This document shows, piece by piece, positions 34,290-46,810 of a DNA stretch of 64,000 nt. The notes beneath the pieces were generated by a model, which did no database searches, was not told the origin of the DNA, and saw nothing but the letters and a program-made list of their open reading frames with translations. The first letter of the stretch is position 1, and every line of letters begins with the position of its first letter. This DNA comes from Eutreptiella sp. 'Long Island Sound 2002' (taxonomy: Eukaryota; Protista; Euglenida): positions 54,746,001-54,810,000 of the forward strand of contig OZ038379.1 in assembly GCA_964036045.1 (NCBI GenBank), in the 5' to 3' direction. Made by a program: the position numbers and the translations under genes.

Positions 34290-37200
34290 CTGGCCGAAAT
34301 TGAGGCCAGCTTTTTGGTTTAATGTTGAATGACTATACTCATTTTCATTTTTTTAAGGGCTGGCCGAAATTTCTCCCAGCTCTCTGGTCTAATCACCATT
34401 CATACACTCATATTCGGCTTTTTTTTGCCGGTGTGGCCGAAATTTCGGCCAGTATTTCCTCTTTCTACGCATATCAGCAATTGTTTTCCCATCCAACACA
34501 TTCTTCTTGGTTCCAGAGGTTCCACAAAACCGACCTATACACCACAAGTGAAAGAACAGCAAAGATACGGTTCATTGAACAGCAAACAAAACTACCCGCA
34601 AAGGATATACGTGTATTTCCTATTTTTATGAACCTGGCCGAAATTTCGGCCAGCTTTTCCAAGAACATCAAAACACATGGTCTTATTCACCAGACAGGCC
34701 CAAGCTGGCCGAAATTTCGGCCAGGTCCTTCAAAACTTGAAATAACGTCACAGAAATGGATACCTTTGAGGTTTTTTAAAAGTTGGCCGAAATTGAGGCC
34801 AGCTTTTCCATTGGTTCCATTGGAAACATGCATGTGTATATCCACCTTTTAACGTTTCTGGCCGAAATTTCGGCCAGCTTTTTGGTTTAACGTTGAATGG
34901 CTATACTCATTTTCATTGTTTCCAGGGCTGGCAGAAATTTCTCCCAGCTCTCTAGTCTAATCACCTTTCATACGCTCATATTCGGCTTTTTTGCCAGTGT
35001 GTGCCAAAACAATCAAAACACATGGTAGTATTCACCAGACAGGCCCAAGCTGGCCGAAATTTCGGCCAGGTCCTTCAAAACTTGAAATAATGTCACAAAA
35101 ATGGATACCTTTGAGCTTTTTTGGAGTTGGCCGAAATTGAGGCCAGCTTTTCCATTGGTTCCATTGGAAACATGCATGTGTATATACACCTTTTAACGCT
35201 TCTGGCCGAAATTTCGGCCAGCTTTTTGGTTTGGTGTTGAATGACTATACTCATTTTCATTTTCTTAAGGGCTGGCCGAAATTTCTCCCAGCTCTCTGGT
35301 CTAATCACCTTTCATACACTCGTATCCCGCTTTTTTGCCGGTGTGGCCGAAATTTCGGCCAGTTTGTCCCATTTCTGCGCATATTAGCAATTGTTTTCCC
35401 ATCCAAAACATCTGGCCGAAATTTCTGCCAAGTTGCAATTCTTGTTGTGCATAAATATTGCACCGTACACTCCTATAAAGCTGCTTTCTTCTCACAGCGT
35501 TAATGTCCTCTGGTATTACTATAACTGTCATGCTCGTATGGGGTGTGCCACGCATTGCCACTGTTTTGTGTGTACATTCTCTGTTTTGCATTTTGCTGGC
35601 CGAAATTTCGGCCAAAGTTGCCTTATGTGGACCCCTGATTCCAAATGACACACATTTCTGGCCGAAATTTCGGCCAGCTTCTCGGCAACCCGGTTTTGAA
35701 CAGTGGTTTCATATCCAGTGCAGGGCTGGCCGAAATTTCGGCTATGGTATTCCATCATTCGTGTCAAGACGTCGATTTTGGGCCATTTTGGGTTGAATGG
35801 CGCTTGTTATTGCCACTTTTGTGATTTCTCTTTCCATGAAATCCCCTGCAGTAGCATCCTTTTTCATGACCGAGCCTGCAATGGATTCACAGGAGGTGCT
35901 TATTTCCCCTCTAGCTGAAGCTGCGTCCGGAAACGGGCAACCCCAACCTGCCCATCAACCGGACGGGGATAAGGCAAGCACAGAGGGACTTCAAGGGGAG
36001 CCTAAGGCACCACAAATGAAAAATTCATCAACCACCATCACATTATCCGACTGGGTCACGTCAACAACCAAAATAAAAGTTTTCTTTGACCAAATTGTAA
36101 TAGACCACGACCGAAGCATTGGCCACGTCCGTAAATTATCCGAGGATCGTGTGCAGCGGCGCTATGACGATCTCAAGGCCGCACCGCCTGTGGATTACAT
36201 CCAAGATCTTCTTTTTTATAAAGTCATTCGTATGTCTCCTGCTGCCTACTGCCATTCCCAACGGGTTATATTGTTTGCCGGTACGAAGGTTGGCCAAAAT
36301 TTTGGCCAGCATCTGCGTCCCTAAGTGTTTTTGGTATACTGCTATTGTTTTTTCCCATAGCCTGTGTGGATTTGTCAGTTGGCAAGTATTTGCTTGTCAT
36401 TGAGTGTGGTACATTGTACACCATCTTCAAATGTCAGTGCACCTGTGCTCTTTGCGCATGTCTACCGTCATAGGTATCCATTTCGGTGACGTTATTTGAA
36501 GTTTTGAAGGACCTGGCCGAAATTTCGGCCAGCTTGGGCTTGTCAGGTGAATAAGACCATGTGTTTTGATGTTCTTGGAAAAGCTGGCCGAAATTTCGGC
36601 CATACACGTATATCCTTTGGGGGTAGTTTTGTTTGCTGTTCAACGAACCGTATCTTTGCTGCTCTTTTTTTGTGGTGCATAGGTGGGTTTTGTGGAAACC
36701 CCGGAACCAAGAAAAATGTGTTGGATGGGAAAACAATTGCTGATATGGGCAGAAACAGGAAATGCTGGCCGAAATTTCGGCCACACCGGCAAAAAAAGCT
36801 GAATATGAGTGTATGAATGGTGATTAGACCAGAGAGCTGGGAGAAATTTCGGCCAGCCCTTAAAAAAATGAAAATGAGTATAGTCATTCAACATTAAACC
36901 AAAAAGCTGGCCGAAATTTCGGCCAGAAGCGTTAAAAGGTGTATATACACATGGATGTTTCCAATGGAACCAATGGAAAAGCTGGCCTCAATTTCGGCCA
37001 GTTTGCAAAAAACCTCAAAGGTATCCATTTTTGTGACATTATTTCAAGTTTCCAAGGAACTGGCCGAAATTTCGGCCAGCTTGGGCCTGTCCGGTGAATA
37101 ACACCATGTGTTCTGATGTTTTTGGACCCGACTGGCAAAAAAGCCGAAGATGAGCGTATGAAAGTTGATTAGACCAAAGAGCTGGGAGAAATCTCGGCCA

Positions 37201-37622
37201 GCCCTTAAAAAAATGAAAATGAGTATAGTCATTCAACGTTAAACCAAAAAGCTGGCCGAAATTTCGGCCAGAAGCGTTAAAAGGTGTATATACACATGCA
37301 TGTTTCCAATGGAACCAATGGAAAAGCTGGCCTCAATTTCGGCCATCTTCCAAAAAACCTCAAAGGTATCCATTTCTGTGACGTTATTTCAAGTTTTGAA
37401 GGACCTTGCCGAAATTTCGGCCAGCTTGGGCCTGTCTGGTGAATAACACCATGTGTTTTGATTGTTTTGGCACAAACTGGCCGAAATTTCGGCCAGGTTC
37501 ATAAAAAAAGGAAATACACGTATATGCTTTGGGGGTAGTTTTGTTTGTTTTTCAATGACCCATATTTTTGCTGTTCTTTTACTTGTGCTGTATACGTGGG
37601 TTTTGTGGTAACCCCCAACCAA
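34290..37622. mobile_element. Element F: foldback-like structure built from modular repeats punctuated by the palindrome GGCCGAAATTTCGGCC
   Basis: Many copies of the 16-bp palindrome; 34290-35340 modules recur in inverted orientation at 36440-37622 around a unique core; termini and TSD not found. Confidence 0.7.
35880..36229 (+). pseudogene. ParB-like N-terminal exon in the core of element F
   Basis: IDHDRSIGHVRKLSEDRVQRRYDDLKAAPP, followed by a GTATGT donor at 36230; parallels the REDNVDEVVVKMLKGAP segment at ~20670. Confidence 0.4.
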
Positions 37623-37974
37623 GGGGTAAAAGTAATAATAGGTAGACCCCCCCCCCCCCTACTAAAGGAATGCAATGGTCTAAATGTAAAATACCACCAT
37701 ATTTTTGTGATTTGGTATCTTTATTTCGAAAATTTGTGTGTAGCTAGAAATAGAAAGAACGGCATATATTTCACATACATACCTTCATTTTGCCTATTGC
37801 CACCGGGGGGGGATAGATACCTCCAAAATAACACCCCTTTTCACATACTTTTCTCCTCACTACAACATGGACTTCCGTGGGCCATAGCGCCAGGTGGGGG
37901 GCGGGCAACTTGTGACGCCTAAGTTACTAGGTTTCGGGACCTCCAAAAACAAAAGAATTAGGCTTTAGAACTTT

Positions 37975-38960
37975 CGGGCCACTTGTTGGCCACTTCTGAT
38001 CTTGTCCCGCGCTCTGAGGGGCTTTTTTCCACTAGCATGGTGAGGTAGGGTGGTCCTTTAGGACCAATATTTTTTCTGTTAAGGACCGCCATTAATGATC
38101 CCCACTATGAGATTTTTTCCAGGAGGTCGGCGCGGGCCACTTTTGTTTCCCTCCCCTTCTGTAGTGGACCCCTGAGAACGCAGGGTGACATAGCACTTCC
38201 GCCCTCTTTTGGGCCCCCGAGAAGGTAGGGGTGAGGCAACCACTTCTAATTTTGCTCCCCTCTGTTGGGGATCCCGAGAATGCAATTTTGCCTCCAACTT
38301 TCTTTCCTTTTCTCTTGACTCCCACGCTTTGTTGCATGGCCCCTCAATTTGGCGTTAGGGACTCACAACCCACGCTTTATTGTGTGGCCCCTCGAGTTGT
38401 GGTTAGGGACCCACAATCACATTTTTGCTTGAACTAGTAGAGGCTGAAAAAATGGGTTTTCACCCCTTGTGTCTATATTCAAAATACTGGGTTCTTTCAG
38501 GAGAACCCAATAATGGGTGAAAACCAAATTGGACCAAATATCAATACCACCCTTGTGGAGAGGTATATCAAAGATGGCTCATACCCCAGTGGGTAAAGCT
38601 TTGCCTCTACAAGTGGAACGTCATGGGTTCAAACCCCATTGAGAGTAATTTGCAAGACTCCAAGGTGGGTCAGTGCCACCAGTGGAAAATTTTTGTTTTT
38701 GTTTTTTTTGCTTTTTGTGTGCTTTGATTTTGTCATTTTTGTTGGGGATCATCGAGAATGCAGGGGTGGCGTAGCATTTCCTCCCTGTTGTGAGCCCCCC
38801 AGAAGGCACGGTTTTGGCAGCCAATTCTGATTTTGTCCCCCTTTGTTTGGGGATCCCCGAGAATGCACGTTTGACGTAGCATTTCCGCCCACTCGTCGGC
38901 CCCACAGAAGCACCGGTTAGGCCGCCAATTCTGATTTTGTCCCCCTTTGCAAGCCCCCCC
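37975..38960. repeat. Further copies of the dispersed minisatellite family (incl. 48-bp GTGGCCCC variant at ~38310-38420)
   Basis: TTCTGATTTTGTCCCC, CCCCGAGAATGCA and CACGCTTTGTTG cores shared with 3431-3875 and 55660-56000. Confidence 0.75.
38576..38647 (+). pseudogene. Degenerate tRNA-like sequence (tRNA pseudogene or SINE head)
   Basis: A-box-like TACCCCAGTGG, T-arm CATGGGTTCAAACCCCAT, partial acceptor pairing CTCA/TGAG, ~72 nt; anticodon stem poorly paired. Confidence 0.5.
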
Positions 38961-39719
38961 CCCCCTCTCCTCCAAAGGGTTGCGAAACATACATGAACAC
39001 CTTCTTCACAACATGCATGGTTCGGCCCGGGTGGGGCGCCACTGGCAACATTGGCCAGGAATTGACCTAGTAAGGAAATTTTTTTTTTCAAATTTTGGCT
39101 TTTTTTACCAAGTAGAAAAATCTTTTCAAAAAAAATTTCAAATTTTTTTTTCACTAGGTGTTACTACATTTTACTAGGTTTTGCTACAGTTTGCTAGGTT
39201 TTACTACATCGCATACTAGGTCTTACCAAATGCCCTGCTCAAAGTTGTTCGTTGCAAATGCATGTGCACCTCCGCATTGATCTTACAAACGTACTGATGC
39301 AAGTTCATGAGGGAGTCACTGTTGCAAGGTGATCACACGAGCACATACTAGCTGTGAGATTTAAAGGAAATGGTTGTGCTTTCTTTTTTTGTGCTGGCCT
39401 CCAATGCCCTAATGCATGCTGTTTGCTGGCATGGCTCAAGTTTGTGGGTCCCTGGGGAAAATTTGAAAAGAAAACTTTTACATTTTTCTTTTAGCAATTT
39501 TTGGAACTTAGTAAAAAGTATTTTGTTACTCATTGTTTCCTCTGCGGCTGGCTTTTTACGAAGTTCGGAGACTGAGTAGAATTTTTTTCATTTTACTAAA
39601 TTCAAAACCAAGTGAACAAAGGGTTCTTTCTACTAAGTAACAATTTGGCTAGAGAAATTCTTTTCCTACTAATTGTGGAAACAAATTGTTTCCTCCTCAC
39701 AATGGGCACTTGCCTGACT

Positions 39720-40100
39720 GTAATGGTTATATAGCCACTCAGCCCACATGTGGGCTCCCAAGAGGACACGGGTTATGGAGCCTTTTTTGAGTTTGGTGCT
39801 GTTTTGGGAACCTCCAAAAGGCGGGGGTTATCTAGCCACATTGCCAACAGGTAGGTGTTCTGATTTTCTCCCCGTATTGAGCATTGGCACCCCCGGACAA
39901 GGCAGGGTTTATTCAGCCGTTTTGCCCGAATTGGGGCCACTTCAGATTTCCTCCTTGTGCAGGGCATTGGGTTAGGACAGTCTTCAAGGAACCGGTTTCT
40001 TTTTGGTTAAGGACCACCCTTAGGAACATTTTTCGACAAGACCACGTTTCTCCCCATGTTGGCAACCCCCGAGAAGACAAGGGCTACATAGGGCTTGGGG
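39720..40100. repeat. Degenerate GTAGCCAC-family minisatellite copies
   Basis: GGTTATATAGCCAC, GGTTATCTAGCCACATTGCC and TTCTGATTTT cores. Confidence 0.6.
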
Positions 40101-42583
40101 GGGGGGGGGGGCAAATGCGCTTTTTTGTGTTTTTTTGTGCTTTAGGGCTGTACTAATTTTTTGCGCTTTTTGGTTTAGCTTTTTTCCGCTTGCTTGCATC
40201 CCTTGTCACCCCAGTTTGCATTCTTTTCCTTTGCTCCATACATGGACAAGTTCATCTCACGTCCACTAGTTGCTTAAGAAGATGAATTTGAGCATGATTG
40301 CTGTCCTGACTTGGAGGACAAGGACCTAGAAAATGAAGGTGATGTTCAAGAGCTGGAGAGAAAAAAGGGGAGACTGGATTATGGGTCCAAAACGACCCAG
40401 CATCAAGGGCACGGCAATGTCCTCTTGTGACATCTGAAGTGTGTGGTGAGAGCACGTGGTGCTGTGCATGGTAAAAGCTAGTGTGTCACAGAAGAGATGT
40501 CCTCCCGACAGGCACACCACCCGGCCATGCACATCACCCGCCCATCAGAAACGACCGGAAGACCACAAAAACGTGAAGCAACCAAATGCCACTCGTCGGC
40601 TAAGAAGTATGCTAATGTCTAATGAAGACGTCGAGGGTAGATTCAATGTTCTGTAATGGAAGCCCTCAATGCTACTGATTGTGGCTAGCTTTGTTTGGGA
40701 TCAACATGTGTTACACTACCCTGTGGATGTTGTGATTTGTCGCGTTTTTTTCCATTTTTTTGAGCTTGTTTTTTGACATCCCAAGTTGCCCCCCCCCCCC
40801 ACCCCTAGAAATAGCCATTCGGCCCACAAATGGGCACCTAAGAAGGTAGGGGTTAAAGAGCCCTTTCAGATTTTGTCCCCTTGTTTGGGGACGCTTGAGT
40901 CCCCCAGGGCTGCCTAGGCGCAATTGACCGTGTGTTGGGGGGGAACCCAAGGCAAGGCTTGGGCAAACACGCAAACTAGGGAGCGGCTTGGCCACGACGT
41001 GGCATGGCCCATCCACCTCCGGCCATCTAGGGTAACCGCGATGCGGCAAGATTTGTGCATCGGGGTGGAGGACCGCAGGAGGGGTTGTGGAACCAGGCAT
41101 CTTGCGCCCATGCAACAATCTCCTTTGCCGTGTTTGCGGAGATATTTATGGGTGCCGGTTCCATCTTTGGGCTTTCCGCTAGTTATCCCGAGCCATTGCC
41201 CCGCTCCTACCAGCACTAGCGGACACGTGAGTCCATGTGGAGGGGAATAGGGTCGGCCCGTGATTATGGCAACGCGCGGCCTATGGGGCAGCCCCCTCCC
41301 GAGCTTGCGGGTTGTCCCGACAGCTGGCGGCTAGTTAGGTGGCCAGTGTTTGTCAATGGTGGTTTGCCCCCCCCCCCCCCGCCCCTTGAAAGGGTGGCAC
41401 CCCCATAGACACTTGTTAATATGGTGGGCTGCGTTGGTCAGAGGTTGGTGGGGCGGCCCCGTGCACCCCATGAATGCTTATTTGTATTACTGCTGAGGTA
41501 GCTGAACGGTGGGGTGAGGCGGCCGCAAGCCTCGGGCAACAGCAGGTGGGGCCCCACGCCGCGGCCCCACCTTGGGGTTGGAGCAAGTGGGGCACCCCCC
41601 AACCCCACAACAGGGGGGCAGGGGCGAGTGGGAAGGGTACTTACCGCTAGATGACAGAAAAGCCCCCTAGTGACGCCGGAGGAACCCAAGTCCACCTGAC
41701 GGGGGTAGGGGCAGCCCGTTTGGAGGGGGCGTGTGGCGCGGACCCCAATGTATGGCATACCTGGACAAAGGGGTGGCATACCCTTCCCAGTGCCACTAGA
41801 ACCCGAGTCCTCCCATGTGGGGGATAGGGGCGGCCCGCGGTGGGGGCCACGAGGGATCACCACGGGTGTGTCATGCCTGTTTTCCATGTTGTGCTGTGTT
41901 GGTGTGTGTACCACTTTCGCTTTGGATTCAAGATTGAAGGATTACGTTGCCGATGGGCCCAACCACATACTGATCAGAGAATTCGCATTTGGAGCAAAGC
42001 GACCCGATGTCCGATGCCGATGTGGAACCGGGGATAGTGTCCGTCGGCCTCCAAAGCAAACAACAAGTGTGTTCAGATGCTCCACCTACTTTTGCCCTTG
42101 GTACGTGTATGAAAGGTAGTTTTGTTCATCATAAATGGTTTTATGAAATATGAATGCATTTTGCTCTTGCTAGGGTACCCATGGGCCATTTTCGTTCAGA
42201 ACTGGGGGGGTTGGGTCAACACCCTCGTGGTGATTTTTTTTTGTGGACCGGGGTTTTTTTGGAATAATTGCCATTTTTGCCAGTTTTTGCAAATTATGAA
42301 AACATCCTCCTCTGTTCATAATTCGGTTCATAATTCAGTTCATAATTCAGAACTCGTTTTAACGAACCTGCCGATCATTTTATGAACGCGTTTTATGAAA
42401 GCGGTTTGTAAACAGATGCACATGCATACAAAAATCGCTCAATTTTCAATTTTTCTTGTACACTGCACTGCTTTTCTTTGTCCCTTGTCGTTGCTTGTTC
42501 TTGCCGCCCTAAACCTCAGGACTGGGGCCTGTCGGGTCCTCCCAATGGGTGTCCGTGGCCTGCTTTTCGCCCCCATCCGGGGC

Positions 42584-44728
42584 CTAGGCATGGGTTTGGG
42601 TAGGTGGTTGGGCTCTCGGTTTGGCCAAGGGGTGCGCTGGGGCATCCACCTCCATGGGTGCGGCCTCAGGGGCAGCTTTGGGCTTGGGCTGAGGGGCCTG
42701 CTTAGCCGGCTTGGGGGCCGGCTGAGCCGGCGGCACAGCGTCCGGATTGGGGTTAGGCTTGTTTTTGGCCTTGGCGGCCTTCTTACCTGCAGGTGCAGCC
42801 TTCTGCTGCTCCAAATGGGTCACTGCTGCAGCATGAGAGGCATACAACAGATGCCTCTCAACCCGAAACATCACCTTCTCCCCTGGGTGTTCCATCCACA
42901 CTCTCACCCCCGCCCCCGCCACAACCGAGGTTACAACCCCCGGGTAGACACCATCGGTGTAGGGCACATACACCTGTTCACCAAGCAGGGGGTCACGTGA
43001 CTCATCCCGCTCCAAAGAGGGGGGTTCCTCGCGGTGCTTTTGCTGCAGGGGCTGCTTCCCCTTCACCCCCTTCCCGTGTCCACGCGGGTGTGCTTGGTCC
43101 GACGATGAGCTGTTGCCCGATTCGAAGGACTTGCGCTTGGGACGGGGGGCCTTTTTGGGTTGCATGGGGTTTTTTTTTCCCGGGGGGGGGGGGGGGGGGG
43201 CAGGAGGTTTGGGTTGCTCGGCGGGGGGGGGGGGGGGGCGCTTTGCTAGGGAGGTGCTGCGGGGGCTGCCGGGGTTGGGGGGGTCAACCCACCACTGGAC
43301 AGCAGGATCTCCTCGTCAGCACACCCCTCCCGCCAGAATTTCCCCAGGCTCGAACAGTGGGGCGTATTCGCCGCCCACGTGTCCGTTCGGCGGCGGGACC
43401 GCCCCTAGTCCCTCAGCCCGGACAGGATGGCGCAAACCTGTTGGGGGTTGAGGAGCAGCAGCTGGTGCAGGGCGGACTGGGCAATGCTCAAATCGGCGGT
43501 GCCCAACCGGTACCGAATGCAGACCCCCGCGACGTCCGCGGGGTTCACTTCCACGTCCATGACCTGTGACAGTGCCGCTCATAAAATGCGTTCATAAAAC
43601 GCATTCATAAAATGCGTTCATGGTTCATACACAGGCAATGCAGAGTCGCTGAATTGTGAACGCCGAATTATGAACGAATTGTGAAAGAATTATGAATGCA
43701 CACACCCAAAAATCCGGCTTTGGTCCGACGGTGCCCATGGCGCCCAAGGCGGTCCGCAAATTTGCAGCTGCGCTGGGATGGGTGCCCTGGGGGGCGCCTG
43801 TGGGGGCCGTGGTGCTGCTGATGGCCGGCGCTGCCCGGCCAAGGGGATTGATGGGGCGGGTGATGGTGAGGCCCTTGACGGCCCCCTTGTACGAAGCCTC
43901 CTGCCCCGGGTCATACAACCCCCCCAAAATGGATTCCCACTGGGGGATGCACTCCAACTTGCGCCCGGAGCGATGCAGCTTCACCCACCCCCTTTTCTCC
44001 CATTGGAGGAAGCACAGCTCCCAATTGGAGCTCCACATCAAGGCCCCCAGCGGGCCCGTAAAAACTTTGGCCTGCGTCAACTCCCCAGCCCCAATTGGTT
44101 CGGGGATGGGGGACAGTGGCTTTCCCGGCAAGGGGTTTCTATGCCCATGCCCCCCCCGCCCCCGTGTACCGCCAGCCCCCCCCCCCCCCCCGCACCCTTG
44201 TTGTGGATGCGGCGCCGCAAAAGGCGGCAAAATGCCTAGCGTAGGGTGATATAAATCACCTCGCGGCTCGAAAAAAGGGGGGCATCGGGGGAGTAACCAT
44301 TGTCCAGCGCTCCTTGCATGCTTGGCCGGCCTCCCCCCTCAACCACGGGGTCACATCTGAAACCTGCTTCCCCTCCCCAACCCCTGAGTCCCGCTGCACT
44401 GCCATGTCCTCGATCTCGGCGTTCAGCTCCTCAATGTCGGTCGCTCCTCCTCCTTCGCCCCCCTCCCCCCCGCTGCCTCCTTCTTCTTCCTCTTTTCCTC
44501 TTCCTTCTTCTCCTTCTTCCTCCTCTTCCTCTCCTGCTCTGAGGAGTTTGTTGACTCCTCACCCGACGACTTGGCGGCGGGTCCGGAGGCGGGGTGAGCG
44601 GCAGGGGGTCGGGAGTGCGCTTGAGAAGGAGGAGCTTGAGGTGGAGGTGGAGGCGGAGGTGCAGCTTGAGGCTGAGTTGGAGCTAGAGCTTGGGCTGCCA
44701 GCCGCTGCTCGTGTGGACGTCGGGGACG
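42584..44728 (-). pseudogene. Downstream exons of element C (Lys/Glu-rich; GWVK...LYDPGQEASYKG; MDVEVN exon; Tudor/KOW-like)
   Basis: Introns 44729-44873 and 43564-43705; RDPLLGEQVYVPYTDGVYPGVVTSV...VWMEHPGEKVMFRVERHLLY aligns with the domain at ~14210-14370 in A. Confidence 0.7.
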
Positions 44729-44873
44729 CTGTTCATAAATCGTTCATAAAACCGCTTCATAATTCATCACTTCATAAATCGGTTCACAATTCATTTATGA
44801 CGGCAGTTTCGGTTTTATGAATATGAATATGAATATGAATATGAACGCGAACAACAACAGACAGACGGCATAC

Positions 44874-45900
44874 CACCAAGGTCAGGGTCGCCTTCCGGCT
44901 CTCCTCCAACAGCTTCCTTAGCTCGGCGGCGTCCATGGATGGGCGAAGAGTTCTAAAGCTAGGTCGCAGAGGGCGCGTGGGTGGAGGGTGCTTGGGGCGT
45001 GGTGCTTAGAAGTGAAGCGGCGGTGCACGCCGCGGTGTATGGCGTGTTATAGTGTAACCACAGCAGGTGAAAGGTTAGAAACAACCATTCCCAAACCTGC
45101 TGGACGGCCATTGCGTCCCGTCCCACTGCACTCTTACCCGCACCCCCACCCCTGGAACTGTGCCCATTGTTTCCCTCCTTCAAAATGTAATTTACGCTCT
45201 CCACAACGTCCCCCGACACAGCAGCCAATCCCACCCCACATGCTCGAGCATGGCACCACAGTCCTCTTCGAGGAACAATAAATAGTGAAACCCCGACTCC
45301 CCGCAACAGTGTTCCCGTCCTGAAACGCAGCAGCAACACGTCGGCACGAAGAGCGTGGCACAACCAGAATCGGAGAGTACAAAGTGCGTAGCAATGTTCG
45401 CAGCCCCATAACCGCTTGCCACGTGGGGTCGTCCTCGACGTCTGCAAACAGCGGCGCAATCTGCTCCCAGGCCCACAACAAGTTGTGGGCCTCCTCCCCG
45501 TCCGGTGCATTGTGCGCCCGCAACCGCACGCCAAGCTCGTTGCGGTACAGAATTTTCTGTACCTCCCTCGCAACCTTAGGGGGATGATTTCCCACCCGGG
45601 CCTCAAGGAAGGCCACGAAGAGCCTCCCAAAGGCCATGCAACAGTGCAAAATGCTCAAAAATACCCGGTTTCCGGCTGCGACCAGCAGCGGCTCGCCGGT
45701 GCATCCTGCGGCATCCAAATTTTAGCGGGTCACCAGACAGCGACGACCATTGTTCGCATCCGACTGCGTTGTCCTCCGAGCAGTGACGCCATTCCTTCGC
45801 TTGGCGGTATTGTCACACACGGCCTCGTTGAAAATGCTCCCCACTTGGGGAGGATGAGCCGGCAAAGGTGGCGAAGCTCAAGCGTGCACCGCATCCGGTG
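44874..45900 (-). pseudogene. DDE transposase C-terminal half (element C)
   Basis: GCTGEP, FLSILHCCMAFGRL, APDGEEAHNLLWAWE, HYLLFLEED, SGDVVESVNYILK and QVWEWLFLTF align with A and D; frameshifted. Confidence 0.8.
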
Positions 45901-46810
45901 AAGGCCGCGCACCTGGTGGAATTCGCACGGACACAAAAAAGGATTCCGCACTCCATGATCAACACGATAGGGTGACCACCGCTTGCTCTGCGAACAGGGC
46001 AAACACGCCAAGAAAAGCACCAAGTGAGTGATGCACATGCCTGCAATCCGGTCAATTTGGAGGAGTTTCCCGAAGGGGAAGACTACGAGTGTAGCCGGGG
46101 TCAAGTGGTGCATAATTGCAAGGAATGCCTGAGCCACAAGCAGAAGCTAGCCGAAGGTTCGTGTGCCCTCAGTGTTTGCTGCTTTTTACGTGTTGTCTCC
46201 GAAAGTGTCCCTATGTTCCGGTTTCAAAGTGGCACGCGTTTTAGGCGTGTTCCGTATCGGCTTCGTATGTGTCCTCGGAGACCCTGGTTCGCTCTACGCG
46301 TTCTGTGCATTGCCTATCCTAATCTAGCTTCTGTAGATAGCCAGGTTTCGGCAATGGCAACTGCCACGCTGTTGATTGCAACACCACGTAGCACCTAAGC
46401 CACTTTCGTGTGTGCCACGATGAATTGTTCCAGGGCTAGCCAACCCATGAGCACTTTACCAAGACTTCCCCACCAGTGCACTGCACAGGGCAATCGCCTC
46501 AATTTTGCGCGTGGCAGCAAGGTGTGCAAGTGATGTTTGACCGCAGAACCCTACTCCGGGCGGCCGCAAGCAATGAAATGGCAAAGACTTTTGTTGGGTG
46601 CTATGACCGCACCACAAGGACGCAGTGTTCGGCTGATGACGATGACAAGAGGCAACGTGAGTTTGCCCGTCGTCTGAATATAAGGGTAACGACCTAAATT
46701 GCATCACCACGTGCACCTGCCTCATCCAAGAATGCCCCTTTTCAATCATAAGATCCACCCCGCGGAAAGCTTCCGAAAGGTACTGGATCCATGAGACCAT
46801 CCCGAACAAA

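Larger units (their letters stand above)
34055..37935. repeat. Outer inverted repeat pair (34055-34112 / 37893-37935) enclosing the foldback region
   Basis: CTTAGGCGTCACAAGTTGCCCGCCC and its exact reverse complement, each next to AACCTAGTAA. Confidence 0.7.
42095..45900 (-). mobile_element. Element C: 3' two-thirds of a TTCATAA-subfamily transposon, collinear with A
   Basis: End CCCTTGGTACGTGTATGAAAGGTAGTTTTGTTCAT at 42095; same exon order as A on the minus strand; 5' end not found. Confidence 0.82.

Noticed and set aside
34290-37622. 16-bp palindrome with intervening segments resembling CRISPR or REP arrays
   Set aside because: Spacing is irregular and the intervening modules recur in direct and inverted orientation.
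40380-40500. piggyBac-like C-terminal cysteine-rich domain
   Set aside because: Cys spacing is incomplete, the frame is broken, and no TTAA-flanked ends were seen; the CCC ends elsewhere have 2-bp, not TTAA, duplications.
33131-42094. TG next to both the B end (33131-33132) and the C end (42093-42094) as a shared TSD
   Set aside because: The ends face away from each other, and a 2-bp match is expected by chance 1 time in 16; the candidate D end is also followed by TG.
43170-43240. Frameshifts at long G/C homopolymers as programmed or biological events
   Set aside because: Homopolymer lengths are unreliable in assemblies; this cannot be distinguished from sequencing error here.
46209-46230. 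CCCTAT as the left terminus of element D
   Set aside because: Only 6 bp match the candidate right end, and the flank (GT) does not match the right flank (TG).
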